DNA of 64,000 nt from Candidatus Poribacteria bacterium (GTDB lineage: Bacteria; Poribacteria; WGA-4E; PCPOR2b), in NCBI GenBank assembly GCA_965116925.1, contig OZ220744.1:6336001-6400000 (forward strand), read 5' to 3'. Positions 1-9,777 of this stretch are shown here, piece by piece. The first letter of the stretch is position 1, and each line of letters begins with the position of its first letter. The translations under genes and the position numbers were made by a program. Under the pieces are notes generated by a model. It did not search any database, was not told the origin of the DNA, and saw only the letters and a program-made list of their open reading frames with translations.

Positions 1-473
1 ATGACATAAATCTTACCCCCTACCACCGCAGCAAGCGTCGACATCCTCGGGGTGGGCATATCGGTTTTTGCTGTCCACGTGTCAGTCTTGGGATCATATT
101 CATCGGTCAGCCCAACCGCTTGGAAATTATCCTCCGTCCCCCCAAACGCGTAAATCTTCCCCCTGACGATGGCACTACTTACCCGAAATCTGCCTCGCTG
201 CCATTTCTGTTTTACGTCCCATACGTCCTTTACGGGATCATATTCGCCCACAAATCTGCCCGGCGGTTTCAGGTCATCCTGTCCACCAAAGCCGTAAAGT
301 TTCCCATTAAACGGTTGGACACCTAGCCCCCAGATACCTACAGCCCGGTCACCGAGTTGTGGTAGATTGACTTTCTTCTCCCATTCTCCTGCGAAACTGA
401 CCGCTGAAAAGCCGAGCAGCCCGCACACTATCAAGCCTGTTAAAATGCTATATTTGATACGGTATTTCATCAT
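1..473 (-). CDS. Secreted Kelch-repeat beta-propeller protein, paralog 3 (3' end runs off the window)
   Basis: Not in the ORF track. Manual translation from ATG 473 gives MMKYRIKYSILTGLIVCGLLGFSAVSFAGEWEKK...NGKLYGFGGQDD...GKIYAFGGTEDNF...YDPKTDTWTAKTDMPTPRM, collinear with the two upstream paralogs. Confidence 0.9.
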   Translation of the reverse strand, partial: MMKYRIKYSILTGLIVCGLLGFSAVSFAGEWEKKVNLPQLGDRAVGIWGLGVQPFNGKLYGFGGQDDLKPPGRFVGEYDPVKDVWDVKQKWQRGRFRVSSAIVRGKIYAFGGTEDNFQAVGLTDEYDPKTDTWTAKTDMPTPRMSTLAAVVGGKIYV

Positions 474-490
474 AAACAACTCCCAGCTTT

Positions 491-1570
491 TTATTGACTG
501 TGCTTAATTTTTCCCCATTGCGTTGCTAGTTTATCTTGAGGGGAGACCGAGAAGGCTTTTGGAAAGGGCCAACCGTCCGCGGTATAGACCTGTGTTATCC
601 CAGCGATACCAACGTGCCCGGCGATGGCATAAATCTTCCCGTTCAGAACGGTTGATGCTAAACTCGCCCGCCCGGTTGGCATCTGATCCTTTAACCTTGA
701 CCATTTGTTCTTTTCTACATCGTATTCAAAAACCGTCCAATGATAGCGCCACCCGTCAGATAGGCGTCCATCTCTGTCGTTCCCGCCAAATGTTCTACCC
801 CCGATGGCATAAGCCTTGCCACTGTTGACGAAGCTGACCGCCATATCGTAATAGGCGACTGGCATGTCTGCTTTCTTCGTCCAAGTGTCTGTCTTCGTAT
901 CATATTCCTCGGTCAGGTCGGTATACTTTTGATGGGTCTGATCCACGGCACCGCCACAAATGTAAATCTTACCCCTCGCAGCAAAAGCACCTGACCCCCA
1001 CCTCGGGTTTGGCATATCCGCCTTCTTTTCCCAAGTATCGGTTATGGGATCATAGACCTCGACAGCGGCTGACGGAAAGTAGAAGGATTCCGCCCCGCCG
1101 ATGACATAAATCTTTCCGCCCACCACAGCGGTTGCTGCCATCATCCTGGGGGTCGGCATATCGGCTTTAGGAGTCCATGTGTCGGTCTTGGGATCGTACT
1201 CGTCCAAGAACGGGACCGCCTGAAAATTATCCTCCGTTCCACCAACGGCATAGATTTTCCCCCTTATCAAGGCACTGCCTAGCCGAAATCTGCCCCTTTG
1301 CCATTTCTTGATTCGGGTCCATACGTCTTTCTCTGGGTCGTAGACATGCACCAGTTTGCCCGCAGGCTGCAGATCATCTTGTCCACCAAAGGCATAAATC
1401 TTCCCATTGACCGCCTCTGCGCCCAACCACCAAGCACCGCCTGAAATGGCGCCCATTTTTGGTATCGCAGCTTTCTCTTCCCATTTTCCCGCAAAGCCTA
1501 CTGTTGAAAAACCGAGCAGCCCACACATTACTAATCCCGTTAAGAGATAACGTGGTATCCGATACTTCAT
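491..1570 (-). CDS. Secreted Kelch-repeat protein, paralog 2, with C-terminal VSPQDKLATQWGKIK motif
   Basis: Six GKIY-x-x-GG...YDP-x-x-D-x-W repeats and an N-terminal signal peptide (..GFA|G). Start moved to MKYR (ATG 1570), which follows GGAGG. Confidence 0.92.
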   Translation of the reverse strand: MKYRIPRYLLTGLVMCGLLGFSTVGFAGKWEEKAAIPKMGAISGGAWWLGAEAVNGKIYAFGGQDDLQPAGKLVHVYDPEKDVWTRIKKWQRGRFRLGSALIRGKIYAVGGTEDNFQAVPFLDEYDPKTDTWTPKADMPTPRMMAATAVVGGKIYVIGGAESFYFPSAAVEVYDPITDTWEKKADMPNPRWGSGAFAARGKIYICGGAVDQTHQKYTDLTEEYDTKTDTWTKKADMPVAYYDMAVSFVNSGKAYAIGGRTFGGNDRDGRLSDGWRYHWTVFEYDVEKNKWSRLKDQMPTGRASLASTVLNGKIYAIAGHVGIAGITQVYTADGWPFPKAFSVSPQDKLATQWGKIKHSQ

Positions 1571-1590
1571 AATGCACACCTCCATCTTTT

Positions 1591-2673
1591 TTATGGTTTC
1601 TGCTTAATCTCGCCCCACTGCGTCGCCAGCTTGCCCTGAGGATCAACCGAAAAGACATTAGGAAAGGGCCAGCCATCGGGGGTGTATACCTCTACCTCCC
1701 TGCGCGGTCCGTTGTGATGCCCGCCAATGGCATAAATCTTTCCGTCCACAACAGCTGTCGCTAAGGTGCCCCTACCGGTTGGCATCTGATCGTTCAATCG
1801 TTGCCACCTGTTCTTTTCGACATCATATTCTAAGACTGTCCAGTGAAGGACCCAGCCTTGAAATTTAGGACCATCTTTTTCTCTCCCATCGAAGGTCTTC
1901 CCGCCAATGATATACGTCTTCCCACTGTTGACAAAACTAGCTGCCATGTCGAAAAACGCAATTGGCATATCGGCTTTCTTCGTCCAAGTATCTGTCTTTG
2001 GATCGTACTCCTCGGTCAGGTCGGTATACTTCTGATGGGTGTTATCCACGGCACCGCCAAAGATGTAGATCTTACTCTTGATTGTCACCGCCGGCATTCC
2101 CCATCTCGGATTTGGCATGTCCGCTTTCTTTTCCCATGAATCTGATACGGGGTCATAGACTTCAACTGCAGCGGAAGGAAAAAAGAAAGATTCCGCACCG
2201 CCAATGGTATAAATCTTCCCGCCTACCACAGCGATGGCGAATCCCATTCTTGGGGTCGGCATCGGTGCTTTAGCGGTCCATGTGTCCGTTTTGGGATCAT
2301 ACTCATCGACGTTGGGAAGGGTTTCAAAGTTATTCGCTGTTCCACCAAAGGCATAAATCTTACCCCGTACTGTGGCGGTGCCGAGCCGAAATCTCCCCTG
2401 TGGCAATTTCTTCTTTTCTATCCAGTCCTCCTTTAGGGGATCATATTCCTTCACAACTTTACCCGGATCTTCCAAGTCATCTTGGCCCCCAATGGTATAA
2501 ATTTTGCCATTCACCACTTCGGTGCCTAACCCCCATAACCCGCCAGAGAGGGCACCGATTTTCGGCATATCCGCTCTCTCTTCCCACTCTCCCGCAAAGC
2601 TGATTGTCGAGAAACCGAACATCCCACACGCTATCAAGCCCGCTAGGAGGTAACCTAGTTGCCAATGTTTCAT
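1591..2673 (-). CDS. Secreted Kelch-repeat protein, paralog 1, with C-terminal VDPQGKLATQWGEIK motif
   Basis: Same Kelch repeats and signal peptide. Start moved to MKHW (ATG 2673), which follows GGAGA. Confidence 0.92.
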   Translation of the reverse strand: MKHWQLGYLLAGLIACGMFGFSTISFAGEWEERADMPKIGALSGGLWGLGTEVVNGKIYTIGGQDDLEDPGKVVKEYDPLKEDWIEKKKLPQGRFRLGTATVRGKIYAFGGTANNFETLPNVDEYDPKTDTWTAKAPMPTPRMGFAIAVVGGKIYTIGGAESFFFPSAAVEVYDPVSDSWEKKADMPNPRWGMPAVTIKSKIYIFGGAVDNTHQKYTDLTEEYDPKTDTWTKKADMPIAFFDMAASFVNSGKTYIIGGKTFDGREKDGPKFQGWVLHWTVLEYDVEKNRWQRLNDQMPTGRGTLATAVVDGKIYAIGGHHNGPRREVEVYTPDGWPFPNVFSVDPQGKLATQWGEIKQKP

Positions 2674-2831
2674 GATGTATATCTCCATCCGCTTTTGCTG
2701 TTTCCGTTAACTTCTCCCCACCTCGTCGCAAGCTTGCCTTGGGAAGATATAGCAAATTTCTCAGGAACTCGTCAACACGTTACCACCACTGCGTGGAGCG
2801 GAGCAACCGCCTATCTAACCCTCGATCGCAG
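2670..2831 (-). pseudogene. Collapsed remnant of a gene carrying the same C-terminal motif
   Basis: GGAGG SD (2836-2840) is followed by CTG-RSRVR*AVAPLHAVVVTC*RVPEKFAISSQGKLATRWGEVNGNSKSGWRYTS*. Its 3' junction resembles the paralog1/paralog2 junction. Confidence 0.7.
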
Positions 2832-2865
2832 TATTCCTCCGTGTTTTGCCAAAAAGAACAGAATC

Positions 2866-2894
2866 ATTCTATCAAACATTACTGCCTTTGTCAA
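2866..2894 (-). promoter_or_regulatory. Sigma70-type promoter of the Kelch operon
   Basis: TTGACA-N17-TAGAAT on the minus strand, with an extended -10 TG. Confidence 0.7.
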
Positions 2895-3045
2895 GTTAAA
2901 ATCTCCCTTGAGAAGGTTCGTCTAGATTGCTGAATTTCTTTGGATTTCAACCGTTCAAAGAGATTGATTTATTACGCAATTTATGCTAAACTAAGTTCAC
3001 AATCGGGCAATATCCACATCACAAGATAGAGGATGGATCTTATCC

Positions 3046-3672
3046 ATGTTTGAAGCAAAGTTGAGATCAAAGATCAGTACAATACTCTCGCCCCTTGCGA
3101 AGGTAATCGTATCGCTCGGCATCACTGCGAATATGGTCACGATGTTCGGTTTGCTGGTTAATTTGGTGGCTGCCTTCTGCCTGGCGACTGATCGGTTAGT
3201 AGCAGCGGGGTTGTTGATTTTATTCGGGGCGAGTTTCGATATGATAGATGGTGCCGTTGCGCGTGCGAGAACATCGACCAACTCTTCGGGAGCACTGCTA
3301 GACTCTGTGATTGACCGGTATTCAGAAGCAGTGATATTCCTTGGTGCCCTTATCTATTTTCATCATCTACAGAATTTTTTTGGAGTGGTATTGGTTTTCG
3401 CAGCGGTGATTGGGTCGATACTTGTCAGCTATGTGCGTGCCAAAGCGGAGGGACTTCAAATTGAATGCAAGGTTGGACTGATGCAACGGCCCGAAAGGAT
3501 TATATTACTGGCGTTAGGCGTTCTGGTGCAAGGTCTTATTCCAGATCAGTATGCATTTTTGCAGTCAAAGGGGATTATTCTCTTCGGTGTGTTCGCGATT
3601 CTTGCTGTGACCGCGCATATCACCGCTATCCACCGACTCATCTTCTCTTTTTCCAAACTGAGCAATCATTGA
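3046..3672 (+). CDS. CDP-alcohol phosphatidyltransferase (phosphatidylinositol-phosphate synthase-like)
   Basis: DMIDGAVAR...GALLDSVIDR signature, plus SYVRAKAEG...GLMQRPER as in PIP/AIP synthases. Confidence 0.88.
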   Translation: MFEAKLRSKISTILSPLAKVIVSLGITANMVTMFGLLVNLVAAFCLATDRLVAAGLLILFGASFDMIDGAVARARTSTNSSGALLDSVIDRYSEAVIFLGALIYFHHLQNFFGVVLVFAAVIGSILVSYVRAKAEGLQIECKVGLMQRPERIILLALGVLVQGLIPDQYAFLQSKGIILFGVFAILAVTAHITAIHRLIFSFSKLSNH

Positions 3673-3714
3673 GTTAATAGGAATCACCTGCGATTGTTGT
3701 TAAACTTACACTAC

Positions 3715-4392
3715 TCACATTGCCTCCGGCTCTCGCTTCCGAATTAGGTTCGGAATCAACGACACCAGAACGATGAAAATACCTGCACCAGCGAGGTAGA
3801 TTAACGTTTTCTTGATATTCCCTTCGCCAACGTTCACTGCAGCACCCAACTGGACGTAGGCAGCGGTGCCGGGTAGCATACATATCCATGAGACGAAAAA
3901 GTAAGTGGCAAACCGTATCTTCGTGAGTCCATAAGCGTAGTTCTGTAGGTTAAATGGAAAGAGCGGGACGAGCCGGGTAATCATCAACATCCGCCAGCCC
4001 TGCCGTTGCACTCCCTCATCAATTCGTCGAAATTGTGTATTACCTTGGACCCAGCCCTCCACCATGCCGCGAGCAACGTAACGCGCGATCAGAAAGGCGC
4101 ATGAGACACCGATTACCGCCCCGATGGAGGCGTAGACAACCCCCCAGATGGGCCCAAAGGCGAGGCCAGAGAGCATTGTAACAGGCAAACCGGGCAGAAA
4201 GAAAACGGTCGCAAGGATGTAAAAGCCGATGTATACTAGCGGAGCGATTACGCCGAAACTGTTGATTTTCTCTTTGATTTTGGGGATATTATCGCGCTTG
4301 AGATAATCTGTTACACCGTAGTGGCTTAATAGGCTATACACACCAACAATAATAATAACAGCGATGATAATCTTCACAAGGTTCCGTTTCAT
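3715..4392 (-). CDS. TVP38/TMEM64 (DedA/VTT) membrane protein
   Basis: FFLPG...GLAFG...RLVPLFPFNLQNYAYGLT motif. Confidence 0.9.
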   Translation of the reverse strand: MKRNLVKIIIAVIIIVGVYSLLSHYGVTDYLKRDNIPKIKEKINSFGVIAPLVYIGFYILATVFFLPGLPVTMLSGLAFGPIWGVVYASIGAVIGVSCAFLIARYVARGMVEGWVQGNTQFRRIDEGVQRQGWRMLMITRLVPLFPFNLQNYAYGLTKIRFATYFFVSWICMLPGTAAYVQLGAAVNVGEGNIKKTLIYLAGAGIFIVLVSLIPNLIRKREPEAM

Positions 4393-4467
4393 GGCGTTTT
4401 GATTCCTTCTTAGCGGTTGTTAAATCTAATGTAAGTTGATAGTTGTTGAAGTCCTAGGAGATATAAC

Positions 4468-5595
4468 ATGTCCAAAACCTACAGCGCAGCCGTCATCGGA
4501 TCGACCGGCAAAGGCGGCTACGGACATCGCCTAGATACCGCATTCGATATCGATGGCGTCGAACTGGTTGCCATTGCTGACCATGATCCTGAAGGACTTT
4601 CGGATGCTGGTGAGCGGTTGGGAGTTTCCCGACTCTACCGTGACTACCGGCAGATGCTTGAAACGGAAAAACCCGCCTTCGTCAGCATCGCTCCGAGCTG
4701 GGTCACAGAACGTGTCCCAATGATTGAAGCCGCTGCGGCGGCGGGGTGCCACATCTATTGTGAGAAACCTGTTGCGGGCAGCCTTGCCGAAGTCGATGCG
4801 ATAGTTGCCGCCTGCCAAAACGCAAAAGTGAAGATGGCGGTCGCCCATCAGTGGCGTGCGATGCTCCCGGTTCAAAGGATAATCAAAGATGTCAAAGCCG
4901 GTAAGTTTGGAAAGCTGCTTCGTGTCCGCACCCGTCCGAAGGACGACAGCCGAGGTGGCGGCGAAGAATTGCTCCTACACGGGACACATCTGTTCGACCT
5001 GATGATGGCTTTCGCCGGTGAACCACGCTGGGCGAGCGGACATGTCAGCGTTGATGACCGAGACGCCACAACGGACGATACAGGTCAGGGTAATGCCCCC
5101 GTCGGTCCCATCATCGGTGATTCCATTTCCGCAGTATTCGGCTTCGACAACGGTGTTCGAGGGTTCTTCGACTCTACCGCCGGTTTGGCTATCCCTGGCG
5201 AATCAAATTTTGATAACCTGTACGGGCTGTCCCTTGAATGTGAGCGAGCGTCGCTGGAGCTCCGTGAACCGGGCGATGTCTACATCTATCCTGTGCCACG
5301 GGTATTGCCCGACCTTCAAGATCTCGCTTGGAAACGGGTCTGGCTGCCGGAATGGCATGGGCGGCCTGAACACGCACCGTCCCTGCTTCGAAAGAACTGG
5401 CTTAGCATAGGCAACAAAACCCTTGCTCGGGATCTGATCGATGCCGCTGAGGCTGACCGCGAACCGCTCTCTAGTATTCAGATGGTGTGTTTCGTAAATG
5501 AGATGGTTCAGGGTGTCTATAGTTCGCACCTGCACTCTGGTCGTCGAATCACCATTCCTCTAGCCGAACGCGCTCATCCGCTCGACGGATCGTAA
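4468..5595 (+). CDS. Gfo/Idh/MocA family oxidoreductase
   Basis: N-terminal Rossmann fold, CEKP motif, GGG-x-LL-x-HGTHLFD, AGGAG SD. Confidence 0.9.
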   Translation: MSKTYSAAVIGSTGKGGYGHRLDTAFDIDGVELVAIADHDPEGLSDAGERLGVSRLYRDYRQMLETEKPAFVSIAPSWVTERVPMIEAAAAAGCHIYCEKPVAGSLAEVDAIVAACQNAKVKMAVAHQWRAMLPVQRIIKDVKAGKFGKLLRVRTRPKDDSRGGGEELLLHGTHLFDLMMAFAGEPRWASGHVSVDDRDATTDDTGQGNAPVGPIIGDSISAVFGFDNGVRGFFDSTAGLAIPGESNFDNLYGLSLECERASLELREPGDVYIYPVPRVLPDLQDLAWKRVWLPEWHGRPEHAPSLLRKNWLSIGNKTLARDLIDAAEADREPLSSIQMVCFVNEMVQGVYSSHLHSGRRITIPLAERAHPLDGS

Positions 5596-5600
5596 AAGAC

Positions 5601-6695
5601 CTACGACTCTCTGTTTTTACTAACCCCCTCAGCACAGACTAGCAGTAAAATAAGTGCGCCTTGGGTAATCAGAAATAGCTCCCTCGGTACGTTCGTTAAG
5701 ATCTCGATGTCCAGTGCGCCTTTGTTTAGCGCGCCGAATAGAAGGGCGGCAAAAAGAATACCGTAAGGGTGGTTCCTGCCAAGCAGGGCAACCGCAATAC
5801 CGGTAAATCCGAAACCGGGGGAGAAGTTATCAAGGAAACGGTAGCGATAACCCATCACCTCCCACACTCCAGCAAAACCCGCGACCGCTCCACTCAACGC
5901 CATTGTCCAGGCCGTCACGCGACGCACATTAATACCTGCGTAAGTGGCAACCTCTGTGGCATTGCCGACGAAACGAATCTCATATCCCCACTTGGTATGC
6001 GTCAGCAAGAATTGCGTCAGCCCAATTAGCCCAAACGCAAAAAACAGCGTGATGTTTACGGGGTTACTTGGCAGAAACACCGATGAAAAAGCAGCCAATC
6101 GTGGCAGCTGCGCCGCTTCATGAATCAGGGGTGTGTGCGGTGTCATCTGATCCGGTGCCTTATAGACCTCGGTAACAAGATAATTTGTCAACGCGATTGC
6201 GATAAAGTTCAGCATGATGGTGTTGATGACTTCATGCACACCGTAACGCGCTTTGAGTACCCCCGGTATAGCACCCCACAGCCCCCCTGCGAGAGTTGCA
6301 GAAGCCAAGCAAGTAGGTATGATAATCCAGCCGCCTCCCCAGTTCAGGTGAAACCCGACCCATGCCGCGGCGAATCCTGCGAGATAGAGTTGCCCTTCGC
6401 AGCCGATGTTGAAAAGCCCGCCCTTAAATCCGAGCATGACCGCAAGCCCGGTAAAGATTAAGGGGGTTGCGTTAAATAAAACGTAACCAAAGTCGTCGAG
6501 ACTACCGAAGACACTCTGCCATAGGAGTCCGTAAACTTCAAATGGACTGTTACCAAAGAACAAAATTAAGGCGCCGCCGAGCAGAAATGCGGCACAGAGA
6601 GCGAAAATAGTGGGTAGCAAGCGAGGTGAGACATCGCCTGTAAGATGCGAGAGATGAGACGTTATGCGCGATGTGTAGTCTGCGAGTTTGCCCAT
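5601..6695 (-). CDS. Sugar/nucleoside ABC transporter permease
   Basis: TPLIFTGLAV...GLFNIGCEGQ...HEVINTIMLN...GFTGIAVALLGRNHP. Start trimmed to MGKLAD (ATG 6695). Confidence 0.88.
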   Translation of the reverse strand: MGKLADYTSRITSHLSHLTGDVSPRLLPTIFALCAAFLLGGALILFFGNSPFEVYGLLWQSVFGSLDDFGYVLFNATPLIFTGLAVMLGFKGGLFNIGCEGQLYLAGFAAAWVGFHLNWGGGWIIIPTCLASATLAGGLWGAIPGVLKARYGVHEVINTIMLNFIAIALTNYLVTEVYKAPDQMTPHTPLIHEAAQLPRLAAFSSVFLPSNPVNITLFFAFGLIGLTQFLLTHTKWGYEIRFVGNATEVATYAGINVRRVTAWTMALSGAVAGFAGVWEVMGYRYRFLDNFSPGFGFTGIAVALLGRNHPYGILFAALLFGALNKGALDIEILTNVPRELFLITQGALILLLVCAEGVSKNRES

Positions 6696-6721
6696 TCTCC
6701 GTTCCGAGAGTCTCCGCCCTG

Positions 6722-7861
6722 TTATTCTGATAATGCTGCTAACAAGCGCATCACATCTGCGCTCCCATTGTAGAGATGGGTTGAAATCCGCATCCGACCG
6801 AATTCGCCCCAACATAGCACACCCATCTTAGCTAACCGTGCCTGCATCGTGTGTGCATTTTCAACTAAAAAGCAGGTGTTCCCGGATCGCGCCGATCGAT
6901 CCTGTGGACTGATGACTGTAAACCCTAGATTTTCCACCCCAGCACTAACCAACTCGGACAGTGTCCGGGCATGGTCAGAGATTCGCTCGATTCCAATCGA
7001 GAGCAGTACCTCCAACGCTCGGTCTAGGTGCATCACCACCAGCATTGATGGGTTGCCCGGTTCCAGGCGTTCAGGCATCGGCTGCTCCTCGACTTCCGGG
7101 GCGCGTTCCGCCTCTTGGGGAGGCCATACCACTAAGTTGTGCCAGCCGAAACAGGTTGATGCGATCTGCCCCTCTGCACCCTCGCTCAGATACATGGGGG
7201 CGACACCGTGGGTGGCAAGCAACCACTTGTAGCTGCTGCTCACAGTCAAATCGGTCAATCCTGCAGGAACATCCACAACCCCCGCAGCATGGGTCGCATC
7301 CACTGCGAAAAGCGTATTCCTCTGTTGAAGTCCGTCAGAAAGCTGCGCTATGTTCAAGCACTGTCCTGTATAAAAGCTAACTTGACTCACCGCTAAGACC
7401 CGCGTTCGTTCATCCACCGCATCTAGCAGATCGGTCTCGTGCACCAGCCAATCCCGATGTGGCACCAATCGCACCTCTACCCCACGAGCGCGGAGGTCCC
7501 GCCAAGCGTAGGCGACCGATGGAAACTCCAAATTGGTTGTTACTACATTGTCTCCCTCCTGCCAGTCCAGACCGCGCGCGAGCCAATTCATCCCCTCCGC
7601 TGCCGATGGCATAAACGCAATCCGCTCGGAGGGTACACGCCAAAGTTCGCCCATCCGGCTTCTACAGCGCTCTCCTCGGGCGTAAATTTCTTCACGCCCA
7701 TCGTGTCCAGCACTCTTCAAACGGGCAAATTCCATGTACACCGCTTCCTGCGCTTTCAGCCAAGGTGCTTCTCCCCCCGTGCAGAGATGCGTCACGCCCT
7801 CTAGTCCTACAAATTGATCGGGAGAGATAAGTGGTTTGATGTGTGTGTCGGAGCGGTTCAT
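6722..7861 (-). CDS. Class V PLP-dependent aminotransferase / cysteine desulfurase-like
   Basis: EFPSV, VDATHAAG and SSYKWLL (PLP lysine) motifs, plus RISTHLYN. Confidence 0.88.
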   Translation of the reverse strand: MNRSDTHIKPLISPDQFVGLEGVTHLCTGGEAPWLKAQEAVYMEFARLKSAGHDGREEIYARGERCRSRMGELWRVPSERIAFMPSAAEGMNWLARGLDWQEGDNVVTTNLEFPSVAYAWRDLRARGVEVRLVPHRDWLVHETDLLDAVDERTRVLAVSQVSFYTGQCLNIAQLSDGLQQRNTLFAVDATHAAGVVDVPAGLTDLTVSSSYKWLLATHGVAPMYLSEGAEGQIASTCFGWHNLVVWPPQEAERAPEVEEQPMPERLEPGNPSMLVVMHLDRALEVLLSIGIERISDHARTLSELVSAGVENLGFTVISPQDRSARSGNTCFLVENAHTMQARLAKMGVLCWGEFGRMRISTHLYNGSADVMRLLAALSE

Positions 7862-8084
7862 GTGCACCTCATTTGCGTATCACAGCGTTCGCTGGTATAG
7901 ATATATCGACGTTGGGATTATAGCAATAGTTCACTAGGAATACAACGCAAAAGTTCAACGGGGTAACTCTCTTTCGTTTGAAATCCTTCGCTTTAGTATT
8001 GAGAGAATGTTTGGGTTCTGCTAAAATAACAGATGCTTCATGTTAAGAGATTGTACATGAGAGAAACATGAAAGGGCACCTAAT

Positions 8085-9008
8085 ATGCAATCCTTTTCCA
8101 TTGACAGTGATGCAATTTCGCTTCCACGAGGGGCGTGGGCAAAAGCACATCGCCTGAATGTGAGTTGGCGTGGGAGCCCCATTACTGCCCTGAGTCAAGG
8201 CGAATATCGCGCCTACCTGTTCCCCGTATATACCCCGGCGGGGTTCGCCGTGACCTCCGAGAGTCCGATAGATCACCCACACCACAACTCGCTTTGGATC
8301 GGTGCTGATCATTTCCATTGTCATTTGCCCTTCTCGACAGACGCCTATGAAGAAGCGACCTATAACTTCTACGTCAACGATACCTTTCAGGGACGGGCAC
8401 CGGGACACATCGTCAGTGTTTCAGTGGAGGAGACGGAGGTATCAGAAAACCATCTCCGGCTCATACAGACGCTCAACTGGCAAGGACCGTCCGAATGGGG
8501 TGCACCTCAAGGACGGATCCTCGCAGTCGAAACCCGTACCATCGATATCTACCCCGGCGAAACCGCAAACCTGATCGACATTCGTTCACAGCTAAGTCCA
8601 ACCGATTGGGATATCAAAATCGGACCGACGCGCCACGCCTATTTCGGTGTTCGCATGGTCGAATCCCTACGCGCTACAGCGGGCGCGACCCTTATTGATG
8701 CTGATGGTCGCTCTGGAGGTACGGCGATAAGTGGCGGGAACGCAGATTGGGTGGACTGTTCAGGACAAATTGCTGCGGATAGGTACGTGGGTGTGACGTT
8801 GTTTCGATACCCTTCTACGGCTAGTGCGTCGTGGTATATCGCTGATTGGGGAACACTAGCAGTGAATCCATTTGCGCGAGAGGGGCGAATGATAAGAGAT
8901 GGTGAGGTACTCGACTTGGCAGTTCGGGTCGTTGTTCACGATGGAGACGCAGAAGCAGCGGGGCTCGAGGGGCTGTATCAGCGTTTTATCCAAGAGGTGG
9001 GGGACTAG
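8085..9008 (+). CDS. PmoA/DUF6807-family hypothetical protein
   Basis: YLFPVYTPAG...DHPHH-x-SLW...FGVRM...W-x-D-x-SG pattern. Confidence 0.65.
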   Translation: MQSFSIDSDAISLPRGAWAKAHRLNVSWRGSPITALSQGEYRAYLFPVYTPAGFAVTSESPIDHPHHNSLWIGADHFHCHLPFSTDAYEEATYNFYVNDTFQGRAPGHIVSVSVEETEVSENHLRLIQTLNWQGPSEWGAPQGRILAVETRTIDIYPGETANLIDIRSQLSPTDWDIKIGPTRHAYFGVRMVESLRATAGATLIDADGRSGGTAISGGNADWVDCSGQIAADRYVGVTLFRYPSTASASWYIADWGTLAVNPFAREGRMIRDGEVLDLAVRVVVHDGDAEAAGLEGLYQRFIQEVGD

Positions 9009-9026
9009 CGAAAAAGGAAGTAAAGC

Positions 9027-9332
9027 CTAACGCTGCTGGGCTTCCATATACGCCCGCAAGACTGCGTTCATACGTGTCTGGTAACCGCTTCCATGAGATT
9101 TGAACCACTCTAAAACATCGCTATCCACGCGCAAGGATATGGCACGCTTCGGTTGTGGCATCACGACTTGAGCATTTGCCCAAAACGTCTCATCCGTTGG
9201 TTGGGCATCCGCATCTGATGCAGCTGCTACTTCAATCTCGGACTCAGTCATATTTTTGACATGCTCCCAATCTGTCTGTGAATCCTTTGGGAGGTTATTT
9301 AGAGAATATCTCAAAGTATTTTTTCCTTTCAC
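9027..9332 (-). CDS. brnA: BrnA antitoxin
   Basis: TDWE...ISLRVDSDVLEWFKS-x-GSGYQTRMNAVLR ribbon-helix-helix motif; overlaps brnT. Confidence 0.92.
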   Translation of the reverse strand: MKGKNTLRYSLNNLPKDSQTDWEHVKNMTESEIEVAAASDADAQPTDETFWANAQVVMPQPKRAISLRVDSDVLEWFKSHGSGYQTRMNAVLRAYMEAQQR

Positions 9333-9570
9333 GGCGATTTGCTCTCCTTGCTGAGATTATACGCCAAATGCCGTCTCGAATGGTGTAGACAACATACAAG
9401 ATGACATCCTCGACGGTGCCCATCGCGGCGATTCGTTTTTCACCATAGTTATGGCGATTATCAACTACTGTGAGTGTTGGACGCTCAAAGATACGCACTG
9501 CATCCACAAAATCAATGCCGTGCTTTTCAATATTACGCTGGTTTTTGATCGAATCCCATTCAAATTCCAT
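9295..9570 (-). CDS. brnT: BrnT ribonuclease toxin
   Basis: MEFEWD-x-x-KN-x-x-N-x-x-KHGIDF...GEKR...RIISARRA. Confidence 0.93.
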   Translation of the reverse strand: MEFEWDSIKNQRNIEKHGIDFVDAVRIFERPTLTVVDNRHNYGEKRIAAMGTVEDVILYVVYTIRDGIWRIISARRANRRERKKYFEIFSK

Positions 9571-9580
9571 GACATGCTAT

Positions 9581-9609
9581 AGTATACATTCTGTATATAC
9601 AAATGTCAA
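9581..9609 (-). promoter_or_regulatory. brnTA promoter with palindromic operator in the spacer
   Basis: TTGACA-N17-TATACT. The spacer contains the near-palindrome CATTTGTATATACAGAATG. Confidence 0.8.
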
Positions 9610-9777
9610 TATGCAAAAACGCACACAGTTAGGCAGGTGCTTTTTTGTTGACGCATCGGCATATTTTTGACTACAATCTTTGAGACAATTCTTTTTTTAT
9701 TCTTTCAGTTATCATCTAATTCCTTACGTCGAACTAACGTTACCTAAGCGTTTATCACCCCTAGGAGGACATTAATT

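Noticed and set aside
1..2688. Diversity-generating retroelement acting on the Kelch paralogs
   Set aside because: No reverse transcriptase in the window, and differences between copies are not adenine-specific.
6696..6815. Extended N-termini in the ORF track (also dnaK 42082, hrcA 43831, E2 48962, ggt 20173, sigma 10760)
   Set aside because: They overlap neighbouring genes, CIRCE or repeats; downstream starts fit family N-termini better.
8085..9008. Methane monooxygenase function from the PmoA label
   Set aside because: It is a soluble-looking protein with no pmoB/pmoC; the family name is not evidence of methanotrophy.
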